In this document: piece by piece, positions 46,504 to 55,959 of the stretch | How the letters are laid out: the number at the start of each line of letters is the position of its first letter | Position numbering within the stretch: the first letter of the stretch is position 1 | Source of the DNA: a virus | Virus record (IMG/VR): IMGVR_UViG_3300005253_000031 | Coordinates: 1-64,000 of that record | DNA length: 64,000 bases | Direction: 5' to 3' (one strand) | Notes under the pieces: model-generated | What the model saw: only the letters and a program-made list of their open reading frames with translations | What the model was told of the DNA's origin: nothing | The model's database searches: none | Program-made: the position numbers and the translations under genes

Positions 46504-47331
46504 TTACCAGGGAAGATCGTTTGGGTTTAGCTCATCCTTGGTTTCTACCCCAAGATCCTCAGAGGGCAGGTCTACCACGGAACCTGGTGACTCAACCACC
46601 GTTCCACCCAGGGTTTCAATCCGCCCCGATCCGATATCCTCAAGGTCGGGTAGCTCAGCAACTTGAGCTAGAAACTCCTGCTCAATATCGCTTACCGTAG
46701 CTGCATCTAATTCTCTAGTGATTTTCTGGGTTCCCTTGGCCCCGTAGCGAGTGATGACGTAATCTCGATCCATAAGGGTTCCGTACTCCTCAATTTTTCC
46801 CAGCATCTTTCGGGCCATGTAGAATCCGTCCTGCCAAACAACGAACTCGTTAACCTCTTCCTTGTATCTCTTGGCGGCTGCGCCTAACGTCACTCCTTGC
46901 CACTTACCCTCAGCATCCGGCCTTGTGTGATATATGGCATAAAGATATACCCACGCCATAAACTGGGTACTGCGAGGTATCTCTGTCGTACATGCCTCAC
47001 ACTCTCCTGAAAGCTCGAAGGTGTCAGAATCTTCCACCAGCGTACACAAGCGAGAAACGAAAAACTGCTTGCCTCCCTGAGAGTGTTTTTCAATTCGATG
47101 AAACTCCCCGTTCAAAATCTCAACAGTTGATCCGTGCTCCGCTGCATACTTGTCAATATGCTCGGGCTCGGGGCCCCATTGACCCATAGAGGTAACTACT
47201 CGAATTTTAGCCTTGTCTCCATCATCTCGAAGAATCAAGCGAGGAATGAAACGCCCGCCCTCACCCATGAACTCTGTATTCGAGTCAAACTTCTTTTGTG
47301 CAGATCCAAATCCCCTTCGTACAGCGGTCAT
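46504..47331 (-). CDS. Single-stranded DNA-binding protein (gp32-like)
   Basis: H/C metal-binding residues (C..CEAC), DRDYVITR.G, acidic tail ending DLPW. Confidence 0.7.
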   Translation of the reverse strand: MTAVRRGFGSAQKKFDSNTEFMGEGGRFIPRLILRDDGDKAKIRVVTSMGQWGPEPEHIDKYAAEHGSTVEILNGEFHRIEKHSQGGKQFFVSRLCTLVEDSDTFELSGECEACTTEIPRSTQFMAWVYLYAIYHTRPDAEGKWQGVTLGAAAKRYKEEVNEFVVWQDGFYMARKMLGKIEEYGTLMDRDYVITRYGAKGTQKITRELDAATVSDIEQEFLAQVAELPDLEDIGSGRIETLGGTVVESPGSVVDLPSEDLGVETKDELNPNDLPW

Positions 47332-47909
47332 ACCTTCTCTCCTATTACTTCCAGTCTCAGTCCACAACTATAATCTGTGGTGTTTCTCAAGACAGCTATT
47401 CTCTTTTTCGCGCGATAACGTACTCTTTTCAACGCTTTCTCATCTACCTCGTAGGCCTTCGCTGTAGATGCCAGTGACATGAAATCCATTCTCCCCAACA
47501 TATAGGGAATCTCCAAATCCTGAAATCCCAAGATCTCCAATTGAAGCTCAAGGGAGTCATCCACGGTCTTACATAGCTTGCCCATATCTCGAGATAATGG
47601 GCCGTCCTCCTCATCACCGTCAAACATAACATCCATGGACAGCCCTTTCTTCTCTGGGCCGTAATGCCTGTTTGCATATTCGGTGAGAGTGGTGATTTTG
47701 TTCCAACAGGCCCTATGGAAGAACGTATGAAACGTTACCCCCCGCTCGGGATCATACTTTTGCAGGCATTTAAGCAATATCAACTTTAGCTCTTGTTCCA
47801 GGTCTTCCCGCTCCATATAGGGAACGTGCACTTTATAGGACATGCTTATTAGCTTAGGTGTCCACTGCTTAACAGCTTCTTCAAATTGTGCGTCCGAAAC
47901 GGTGCTCAT
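47328..47909 (-). CDS. Sigma70-family RNA polymerase sigma factor
   Basis: EREDLEQE...LKCLQKYDPERGVTFHTF (region 2); C-terminal HTH. Confidence 0.85.
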   Translation of the reverse strand: MSTVSDAQFEEAVKQWTPKLISMSYKVHVPYMEREDLEQELKLILLKCLQKYDPERGVTFHTFFHRACWNKITTLTEYANRHYGPEKKGLSMDVMFDGDEEDGPLSRDMGKLCKTVDDSLELQLEILGFQDLEIPYMLGRMDFMSLASTAKAYEVDEKALKRVRYRAKKRIAVLRNTTDYSCGLRLEVIGEKV

Positions 47910-47951
47910 ATATACATTATACCTCAGTTGACTACTTTGAACACTCAATTC

Positions 47952-48890
47952 TCACCAAAGATTACCGCCTTTAGTAAATATCCTCATCAGCTCTTCACGA
48001 GGCATTTCCTGTACGTCTTTACGCCCTTTTGGCAACTCGATTTTAACCACATTCAACTTATGGCCCAACTTATCTCCTATCTGAGCGTCTAAATTTCTCC
48101 CTGCATCATCGTTATCCACAGCAACAAAGACGGTCTGTCCCAGCTTCAAAAGGCTTTTCTCCTGGTCCTTGGATAAAGAGGAACCCATAATTCCCACCGT
48201 CGATGTAAAGCCTAACTGATGCATCCATATAACGTCCAGAGGTCCTTCTACCACTATTACCACTCCCGTATTGCGCGGATGCTTCCAGGCCCCATACAGA
48301 AACCTAGTCTTCTTGCATCCCGGAGACACCAGGTACTTATTACCCAATGGATACCCAGGAATTTCCCTTCGAATTATGCCCACCAAATGCTCACCCGTGT
48401 CATCAAACAGCGGAAGCACAATAGAGGGAGTACGCTCATCATATCGGATTCCCCACTCTTTAAGCGTCGCAGGTGTGAATCCCCTGTCCAGTATGTAGCT
48501 ATGAGTACGCTCTGTCGACTGACGTGCATAGTCCTGCCTAAACATAGCTTCAAATTCGTACCCGATAACTTCCTCAGCAGAGTTCAGTAGGCAGTCGTCT
48601 ATTCCGTACTCTACCTCTCCTCCCCGAACTAGAAGCCATCGACGCGCCTCAACAGGAGTATACTCTAAGACCATCGACGCTAGCTGCTCAAAGGAGCCTC
48701 CCCCACAACCCTTGAAACACTGCCATTGCCCGGTCTCAAGAACAACTCCCAGTCCCGGACGCATGTCATCATTAGCGTGATCCCCAAATGGGCAGGCCAC
48801 CTTTACGTAGTCTGAACCCCATACCTTAGGCTCGAGACCCAGGTCCCCCAAGGCGCGTTCAACATCTATGGTATAGGTACCTAATTTCAT
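47952..48890 (-). CDS. dnaG: DNA primase (CHC2 zinc finger + TOPRIM)
   Basis: CPF..H.D, CFKGC, VEGPLD, DNDDAG, KDVQE. Confidence 0.92.
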   Translation of the reverse strand: MKLGTYTIDVERALGDLGLEPKVWGSDYVKVACPFGDHANDDMRPGLGVVLETGQWQCFKGCGGGSFEQLASMVLEYTPVEARRWLLVRGGEVEYGIDDCLLNSAEEVIGYEFEAMFRQDYARQSTERTHSYILDRGFTPATLKEWGIRYDERTPSIVLPLFDDTGEHLVGIIRREIPGYPLGNKYLVSPGCKKTRFLYGAWKHPRNTGVVIVVEGPLDVIWMHQLGFTSTVGIMGSSLSKDQEKSLLKLGQTVFVAVDNDDAGRNLDAQIGDKLGHKLNVVKIELPKGRKDVQEMPREELMRIFTKGGNLW

Positions 48891-48979
48891 TTACGAACCA
48901 CATCCCTGAGGCGCAAATACCAACAACGCCATAATCGCCACCGAACCAACAACAAATATCGCATATATTCCCGTTCTCA

Positions 48980-50275
48980 TTACAACGACTCCTTCTCAAA
49001 TTCCTGTGGTGCCATAAAGTCCATCTGTGCAATCAACCCGCTGTCTACGTCCCACTCGAGATACTGCTTTGAGTCCCAGGTTTTTCCTGCTCTGTTGTAT
49101 GGCACCTTGAAAATCCGTCTGAACTTACTCTCCGGATCCTCAGCAATAGTTATCAGCCGATTAGCTGCTTCTACTGCGGACTTGCCGTATCCCACCTGTA
49201 TGATGTCATGGATCGGCTCATTTTTGTTGGTCAACCCCTGTGTGTTTGGCTGGCCAGCCCAGATCACGACGTTGTTGTAATACTGCGCTGCATTCTTCAG
49301 GCCATCCGCACACTCCTTAATAGTTTCCCAGCCGGTTTGGCCCTCACGACCCTGTAGCAAGTGTATGCCGTCTATCAACATGAGGTCAGGACGGTGCTCC
49401 TCCATGAGCCCTAACAGGTCCTCGAACGTAAACCCAGATGCTGATTGGCTGTCAACGCAGATGAAATCCGCCCGCTCCTGAAGTTTGTACAGCCAGCTTC
49501 GATACGCCTCCATATCCACGTCTTTCCCGGAACTCAACGTATCATGAGAAAACTGATTTCGGAACTGTCGAGCTAGCACTACATCAAATCTCAAGCCGCA
49601 CTCTGTCATCGACATCTCAGGAGATACCAACAGCACTTTATAGCCTGCTCGATACGCAACACATCCAAAGTACATCAGTAACCAGGACTTACCCGAACCT
49701 TTTGGGCCCACGACCATGATTCCTTCGCCCTCATGCCAGCCCTGATAGTAGCCATCAAAACAAGCCAATCCCGTGGGAATCCCCCCAACTTCTCCCTTCT
49801 CTATGCCCGCGATCTTCTCCTCAAGCGCCACCATCCTAGACAGCGCATCTCGATCAAGGAACGCCACGTGCTTCGCAGTCTGAGGTTTCAATGCACGCAG
49901 ATCCAACTCTAACCCGGCCAGAACTTCGTAGGGGTCGTCCCGGAGATTTACTCCCCCTGCTCCAAACCTATCCCGTACAGCTTGACTCATCATTCTAGCA
50001 GTGTATTGAGACAGCAACTCGTCTATGTAATAGGAGATGTCCCCCGCCTCCAAGAACTCAAACTCCAGATCTGTGTTCGAAAAACGCTTGATGATATCGC
50101 CCTGGTTGGGGAAATTGCCTTCGTAAACCTGCACGTAGTTGACAATGAAATCAAGCACCTCCCCATACAACAGAAAATGCTCGGAGCGAACACCCTCCTG
50201 GGACAGCTTCCGCAAATCCTCTACGTTCTTGATGGAACTCAATAAACCTTGTTCAACGTCTTCTGGTGTAAGCAC
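48980..50275 (-). CDS. dnaB: DnaB-like replicative helicase
   Basis: GIPTG, GPKGSGKS, SPEMS, IDGIHLL, Q. Confidence 0.9.
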   Translation of the reverse strand: MLTPEDVEQGLLSSIKNVEDLRKLSQEGVRSEHFLLYGEVLDFIVNYVQVYEGNFPNQGDIIKRFSNTDLEFEFLEAGDISYYIDELLSQYTARMMSQAVRDRFGAGGVNLRDDPYEVLAGLELDLRALKPQTAKHVAFLDRDALSRMVALEEKIAGIEKGEVGGIPTGLACFDGYYQGWHEGEGIMVVGPKGSGKSWLLMYFGCVAYRAGYKVLLVSPEMSMTECGLRFDVVLARQFRNQFSHDTLSSGKDVDMEAYRSWLYKLQERADFICVDSQSASGFTFEDLLGLMEEHRPDLMLIDGIHLLQGREGQTGWETIKECADGLKNAAQYYNNVVIWAGQPNTQGLTNKNEPIHDIIQVGYGKSAVEAANRLITIAEDPESKFRRIFKVPYNRAGKTWDSKQYLEWDVDSGLIAQMDFMAPQEFEKESL

Positions 50276-50852
50276 TCAATCCCCCTTGTGGTCGTACGGC
50301 ATATCGTACCCAGCAACTATCACAATGTGTTTCATCACCTTCGGGATGGTTCTCGCCCCCTTCAATCTCAGGCCACTCCTCCAATGCTCCTCTCTCCTTC
50401 AAACGGGCATCAACAGAATCACACGCTGAGTTTAGCTTCTCGATCGGATCCTCATCTGCATTATACCCGTTTCGAACATCCTCAAGGAGTCCCATCCAGT
50501 AGGCAAAGTAGAAACGCTCATACGCAGTTTCTGAGAAACGCTCGTAGTACATGTACTTCCAAGGCTGGTTATAGCCTCCTAGGTCGATCACAGCGCGATT
50601 AAACACGTTTGTCGTCAACAATCTACCCGTAACGCCTACCACATGGATGAACTCTCCAGCAATCAAACGGTCTGTTGCACATACCAATAGGTAACGATTG
50701 TTATCGAAGTTCTTCAGAAGGGCTGCATAACCTCTAACCAAAGGGGCTTTCATGGTAAAGCTGTCTCCGAGTCCCTTGGCCTCAGCTCGACTAACGAAGT
50801 AGTCGGCCAGAGCTGTTGGAGTATAGCTTCCCGCCAACGTTATGATTTTCAT
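50253..50852 (-). CDS. Hypothetical protein (replication module)
   Basis: ORF between rnhA and dnaB. Confidence 0.6.
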   Translation of the reverse strand: MKIITLAGSYTPTALADYFVSRAEAKGLGDSFTMKAPLVRGYAALLKNFDNNRYLLVCATDRLIAGEFIHVVGVTGRLLTTNVFNRAVIDLGGYNQPWKYMYYERFSETAYERFYFAYWMGLLEDVRNGYNADEDPIEKLNSACDSVDARLKERGALEEWPEIEGGENHPEGDETHCDSCWVRYAVRPQGGLSAYTRRR

Positions 50853-51325
50853 GCAGCTTCCCTTACCTCAGATACTAAGTCCAATATCCACTTACTGCAC
50901 AACGTGCGATTCAACACTGCCTTCAAAGCTAAGTCGTCAGCACGCTCATTACCCGCAATACCCACGTGTGCTTTGACATGTTTTAGCGTGATATATCGAC
51001 CTACTTTTTGGTGGGCGGTGCGAAGTTTAATCGCTTCCTCATATAGTCCCCGTAAGTGTGGCTGCTTTACCCGCCACAAGCCGCTGACTTGCTTCACCAC
51101 CAACATACTGTCACTACGTATAACGACGTTCATGTCCTGAAACTCATGTAGAGACTTTAGAGCAACGATTAGAGCAACGTATTCCGCTATATTGTTGGTT
51201 AAGTCATCCCCAAGGAACCCACTTTGCTCCATGAAGGATTTACCGTCCTGATACCACGCTATCCCATAACCGCTGGGTCCCGGATTAGTCGGACGAGTGG
51301 AACCATCTGTAAAAATCTCAATCAT
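50849..51325 (-). CDS. rnhA: Ribonuclease HI
   Basis: FTDGS, TNNIAEY, SDS, HVKAH.G..GNERADDLA. Confidence 0.95.
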   Translation of the reverse strand: MIEIFTDGSTRPTNPGPSGYGIAWYQDGKSFMEQSGFLGDDLTNNIAEYVALIVALKSLHEFQDMNVVIRSDSMLVVKQVSGLWRVKQPHLRGLYEEAIKLRTAHQKVGRYITLKHVKAHVGIAGNERADDLALKAVLNRTLCSKWILDLVSEVREAA

Positions 51326-52360
51326 CTATCTCGTCCAATATCTCTTGTACTTCTTCCTTGGGCATCCAGGGCCCTAATTGATTAAGCGCATCCCCTAGCG
51401 GCCCCACCAGGACCCGCATCTTATTGCTGACCTTCACAATCACGCTTTCGGTTTCCCGAAGACAGGGTTGGCACAACCGAGTTTCCACCGGTTTATCCAC
51501 CCGCCGTAACGTGTTTTTTGTAGACCCGCAACGAAAGCAGTTCAGTATTAACATCTATTCTTCCTTATCTGTGGACTTTGGGGTGGTGGCGAGGGCCTTA
51601 ACGACTTGCTTTAAGTTGTCGTGGATCTCATCCACAATAGCCTTCATATGATCTTCGGCTGTTTCCGAGGGATGTTCCCTAATGCAATATCTTAAAAAGT
51701 TCCTAGCTTCAGTAAACATTGGGTCGTAGTCGTCCTCGATGACATAATCCCTACCTGTTAATTCCTTTAGTCGATCTAAGTGTCGTTCGCGTTCATCTGC
51801 TGCATGACTTTCTTGCCAAATAACCTTATCCAGTTCGTTTTCGCTCATAGCTGCACGATCTCCTCTGTAGGCTCTGAGATAGTGACGAAATCAAATTCTC
51901 TCTTATCCATCTACTCTTCTTCCTCCTCAGTAAGGACCGGGAAGTATACCGCTGGGGTATAGTCAACTTCTGACGTAGCTTCCTTCAGTTCCTCCTCAGT
52001 AATCCGCCCCTGAATTCGAGCCTCCTCAAACTTGGCGGTGTTGAGGACATAGGTAGTAATCTTATCGCAAATGTTTTGAAAGCGCTTAATCCCGATAACG
52101 TCTCGCAGTTTCCCCTCGATAACCTCTCCGCCCTTCTTCGTAATCCGACGATCAAACATCTTCTTCAGTGTGGGTAGAGGAAGTATCACTCGTTGGTTTT
52201 TCCCGCCCAGCTTGTCGCTAATGTCGTTGATCTGCTTCTTGATTTCCTTCTTCCGTTTGTCCCCCATTTTCCCGGATTGATCAATGAGATCATACTCCTC
52301 CCCCAACTGCTCCAAGAGAGCTACATACTCAGACAGTGCATCCATGTTAATCCTTACCAT
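51318..52360 (-). CDS. Three hypothetical proteins (51318-51554 Zn finger, 51555-51848, 51911-52360)
   Basis: Co-oriented ORFs. Confidence 0.55.
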
Positions 52361-53292
52361 GGTAGATCCTCCGCTTCCGGGTCGATTGCCCCAAGGTTAC
52401 TTAAGTTATTATGCTTCGCCAAGATCTCTTCGATCCAGTCATTAGGTGGGTCGTTGAACTGGGTGATATCCGTTGGTGCGTCAGTGCTGTGATACTCACC
52501 ATCCATTGAACCCGCGATGTATTCGTTAATCTCCTCCTCAGTCAGGAACTCCAACTTGGTCTCTGGGCCCAATGAGGTCGTCATGGTCTTCTTCGCGGGC
52601 CACAACTGACTTGGAATCTCCTCTCCCGCATACGTGTATATCAAGCGCTGTTGGGCAAAGGTTTCAATAGCCTCGTCACAATGCCTCAAGCGGGTTTCGG
52701 TGATCGCTTTTGCGGCCGACAGTCCCTCCATCTTGATTAAGATGCCTGCTACTACAGTTCCGGTTCTACCGTGCGCTCCCATGCAGCCAATATCAACATG
52801 CTTGCCCTCTTTGAGATACTGCACTGCTAAGTCAATTATGCCTGCATAACGCGCATCATCTATAGTTCCAAAGTCCTTCCACACCACGATGTAAAACTGT
52901 GCGGGACTCTCCGAATGAGATGCAACCCCAGTAAGTCCGGGAGTCACCATATCCTCTTGAAGGAACTCCCCCCACTTGGCATCTAGATAAATACCCAGAT
53001 CCGGATCGGAGTATGGCTTTTTGTCAGCGCGTAACAAGCCACTAACTGTGAGATTATACTCTCCTACAGCCACCTCGTCCTGCCAGTGGTGGCATACGGG
53101 CTTGGGTACGTAGTTAGTCTTTTTCCCAGCTTTGCCTGTATAGACATAACCCCCCACAGTTATAGCCTTGGTCGTATTCTTCTCATAGTCTTCGGAAATC
53201 GACGTTCCCCATATCTCTTCGTATGTCTTGTAAGATGCAGCCTGCACGACCTGCTTTTCCCTTCGCGCCCTGCGTCTACTAGCTCTGCTCAT
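52354..53292 (-). CDS. Protein-tyrosine/dual-specificity (CX5R) phosphatase
   Basis: WKDFG, HVDIGCMGAHGRTGT, AIET..Q. Confidence 0.88.
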   Translation of the reverse strand: MSRASRRRARREKQVVQAASYKTYEEIWGTSISEDYEKNTTKAITVGGYVYTGKAGKKTNYVPKPVCHHWQDEVAVGEYNLTVSGLLRADKKPYSDPDLGIYLDAKWGEFLQEDMVTPGLTGVASHSESPAQFYIVVWKDFGTIDDARYAGIIDLAVQYLKEGKHVDIGCMGAHGRTGTVVAGILIKMEGLSAAKAITETRLRHCDEAIETFAQQRLIYTYAGEEIPSQLWPAKKTMTTSLGPETKLEFLTEEEINEYIAGSMDGEYHSTDAPTDITQFNDPPNDWIEEILAKHNNLSNLGAIDPEAEDLPW

Positions 53293-55876
53293 CAAATCCA
53301 CCTTCCCCAAAATACTGACGCTGAAGTGTGCTAGTTTCCGGCTCCAAGACTTCAATGTTTTTAAGCCTAAATCCATGCTTCTCTCCATTCACCATCACCT
53401 CTACAAATAGTCCGTCCCGCTTGAAGGTTTTTAGATTTATGACTTTACCCACCAAGCCCCGTATCTTTATGTTACGGGCTTTATCCGAGATGCGTACGGT
53501 TTTCCACAGGATGCTTTCAGAAGCTTTTACCCATACATCCCTAACCACCTCAAGGCCCATAATCTCTACATTGGTTTCGTCGAGATCTTCACACAGTGAA
53601 AACATGTCCGCCACATTCTTAGAAGAATGCTTCAACAGGGAACCAAACTTTCCGTGTAGCTTCCAGTCCAGTATGAGGTCCAACTTCGTCAGATTCCATC
53701 CGTAGTGGATACCTCCGTGATACTGAATCTTGTTAAACATGCAGCCAGAATTGTGCTGGAGGTCAAACGCAAGGTCAACGAATGTAACTGCATTGATTTC
53801 CCCCACTAGGAAATGATGAAGCAACTCCGCCCCATTGGCCCACTTCTCGCCCCCAAAGGAGCCTGTAAACTGGTCGGGATCATTAAAGGCATCCCGTAAG
53901 TCTAACAGCAATCCTACTCCTAGGGTTTGTCTAAGGATTCTCCACTCCTTGCGGGCTAGATTACGGCTACCCCTTAGGAGCCCCCTGTAACCCGTTCTAC
54001 TATGTCGGGCTTCTCCCCCGCAGGCAGCATCTAAATAGATAGCCAGGTCCTTGGCGACCACCTCGGCGAACTGTTCTAACACGGGTTTAAGTTCAGGATT
54101 TATCCTAGCAGATTCAGACAGCAGGTAGAAATCTGCGGCAATCTTGGTGGTATCCAGGTTTATCTCTAACTCGGGCCACCAGTATTTGGTTTCGGACTGT
54201 GGCACGGGCTTTGTAGTCTCCTGGATGTTGGAGCGTAAACTGAGCCCAATGTTAAACTTGATATTCAGCTTTATCCCGCTAAGACCCAACTCCTCATGCC
54301 ATTCCTTGATGGTAGCAGTGAAGAAGTTATCGCCGGCTGGCTCTACCTCCAACTCTCCGCTATAGACGAGCCCAGCATCTCCATCTACAGTGACTAACGT
54401 ACCATCCTGTAGTGTCTGCCCCGACTGCGTTCGGATAATCTTTTTACCGGGCTCAAATTCTTCAAAAATCCATTCAGAGATACCAACCACACAAGGCTTG
54501 TTTTCTCCCCTTGCAACCACCGCTGCGTGACAAGTAGTTCCACCGGTTCCCGTAGCAAACCCTTCAGCCCCCAACATGTAGCGAACATCATTGGGTGTGG
54601 TCATCTCACGGGCTAATATGTAAGGTTTACTCGCTGCTATACACTCCTCTATATACCAATTTGCTATTGCCAAAACTCCTGAAACCACTCCCGTCGACGC
54701 GGCTAGTCCAGTCCCAGCGATCTTCTCGTTCCCAGTTATCTTAACAGTGGGAACATCAACTTTCCTGAGATCTAAACGAGTTACTCGACTAGCTGCGACT
54801 TCCTTGGTTATGAGGCCCTCGGAGTGCATTTCAACAGCCATACGAATTGCAGCCTTGGAAGTACGCTTCGCCGAACGGTGTTGCAACAACCAAAGCGTTC
54901 CGCTGTCTACCGTGTACTCAATATCCTGTGCATCTCCTTGGTCCGTTTCTAGTGTTTTGGTTAGGATCATCAACTGGTCGTATACGGGAGTGTTCCACTC
55001 TCTCAGGAAGTCCAGCGTCTTCGGTGTAGTGGTTCCCCCAACAATAGCCTCACCTTGAGCTTGCACATCAAATTCTCCGTAGGGCTTGTTTTCTCCTGTA
55101 GACGGGTCACGAGAGAACAACACACCGGAGCCGCTTTGTTCATCTCTGTTACCAAACACCATGGCCACTACAATTACCGCTGTTCCCATTTGATCATTAA
55201 TTGTATTATGCGTCCGGTACTCCATCGCGTTGGGGCCCATCCAGCTATCTATAACAGTGCGAATAGCTTTGTTGAGCTGAATGTACGGATTGTCTATTAC
55301 ATCCAGAGACTGCCCCCCACGTACAACTCGGTCCCGTGTCACCACCAGCAGTTCCCGCAGTTGCTCATCTGTCAACTTAGCAGCGGGCTCCAACTGTTTC
55401 TTGGCTTTGTAAAACGCCACCGGAGACTTCAACCTCTGGGAGGTCTGTCCCAAAACGGTGTTTCCGTAACGACCCAGGAACTCCACATATGTAGGAATGG
55501 AGAAACGGGGATTGCCCATACGCTTTAGGTTGCTGGGAGTGATGCCTACGTTAAGAATAGTTTCCATCATGCCGGGCATGGAAACAGGGGCCCCGCTCCG
55601 AACAGAGACCAGCAAGGGAAAACCCTCGTCCTTGCCCCCGAACGTCTGTCCTGTCTGCTTTTCCAGAGCTAGCATGGCCTCGAACAACTGCTCGTTGAAG
55701 TCCTCTATGTTTAGATCCCCCGCCATTACTACTTTGCACACGTCGGTGGTTATGATGAACCCCGGAGGTACCGGATAGCCCTTCTGCGTCATCCTAGCCA
55801 GCCCCGCACCCTTTCCACCAAGCAGCTCCACATCATCGGGGTTCGCTTCTGCAAATGTGTAGATGTATTTCGTCAT
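53279..55876 (-). CDS. PPDK-derived phosphotransferase: ATP-grasp + phospho-His domain + non-PPDK C-terminal domain
   Basis: LGGKGAGL, VPPGF, VSVRSGAPVSMPGMM, MVFGN, QGEAIV.G, DIEYT, LQ.R, GGTTCHAAVVAR; no PEP-binding barrel recognisable. Confidence 0.85.
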   Translation of the reverse strand: MTKYIYTFAEANPDDVELLGGKGAGLARMTQKGYPVPPGFIITTDVCKVVMAGDLNIEDFNEQLFEAMLALEKQTGQTFGGKDEGFPLLVSVRSGAPVSMPGMMETILNVGITPSNLKRMGNPRFSIPTYVEFLGRYGNTVLGQTSQRLKSPVAFYKAKKQLEPAAKLTDEQLRELLVVTRDRVVRGGQSLDVIDNPYIQLNKAIRTVIDSWMGPNAMEYRTHNTINDQMGTAVIVVAMVFGNRDEQSGSGVLFSRDPSTGENKPYGEFDVQAQGEAIVGGTTTPKTLDFLREWNTPVYDQLMILTKTLETDQGDAQDIEYTVDSGTLWLLQHRSAKRTSKAAIRMAVEMHSEGLITKEVAASRVTRLDLRKVDVPTVKITGNEKIAGTGLAASTGVVSGVLAIANWYIEECIAASKPYILAREMTTPNDVRYMLGAEGFATGTGGTTCHAAVVARGENKPCVVGISEWIFEEFEPGKKIIRTQSGQTLQDGTLVTVDGDAGLVYSGELEVEPAGDNFFTATIKEWHEELGLSGIKLNIKFNIGLSLRSNIQETTKPVPQSETKYWWPELEINLDTTKIAADFYLLSESARINPELKPVLEQFAEVVAKDLAIYLDAACGGEARHSRTGYRGLLRGSRNLARKEWRILRQTLGVGLLLDLRDAFNDPDQFTGSFGGEKWANGAELLHHFLVGEINAVTFVDLAFDLQHNSGCMFNKIQYHGGIHYGWNLTKLDLILDWKLHGKFGSLLKHSSKNVADMFSLCEDLDETNVEIMGLEVVRDVWVKASESILWKTVRISDKARNIKIRGLVGKVINLKTFKRDGLFVEVMVNGEKHGFRLKNIEVLEPETSTLQRQYFGEGGFDEQS

Positions 55877-55909
55877 CTCAACTCCGTTGTTATTTGTTTC
55901 CCTATACTG

Positions 55910-55937
55910 ATCTTAACACACAATCGGACTTTGTAAA
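55910..55937 (-). promoter_or_regulatory. Sigma70-like (early-type) promoter of the PPDK-like/phosphatase operon
   Basis: TTTACA-N16-TAAGAT with TG extension; resembles promoters at 3391, 18297 and 58061. Confidence 0.6.
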
Positions 55938-55959
55938 CCCAGTAATCGTTAACTAAAAG

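Noticed and set aside
53279-55876. Bona fide pyruvate phosphate dikinase auxiliary metabolic gene
   Set aside because: The pyruvate/PEP-binding C-terminal domain is not recognisable
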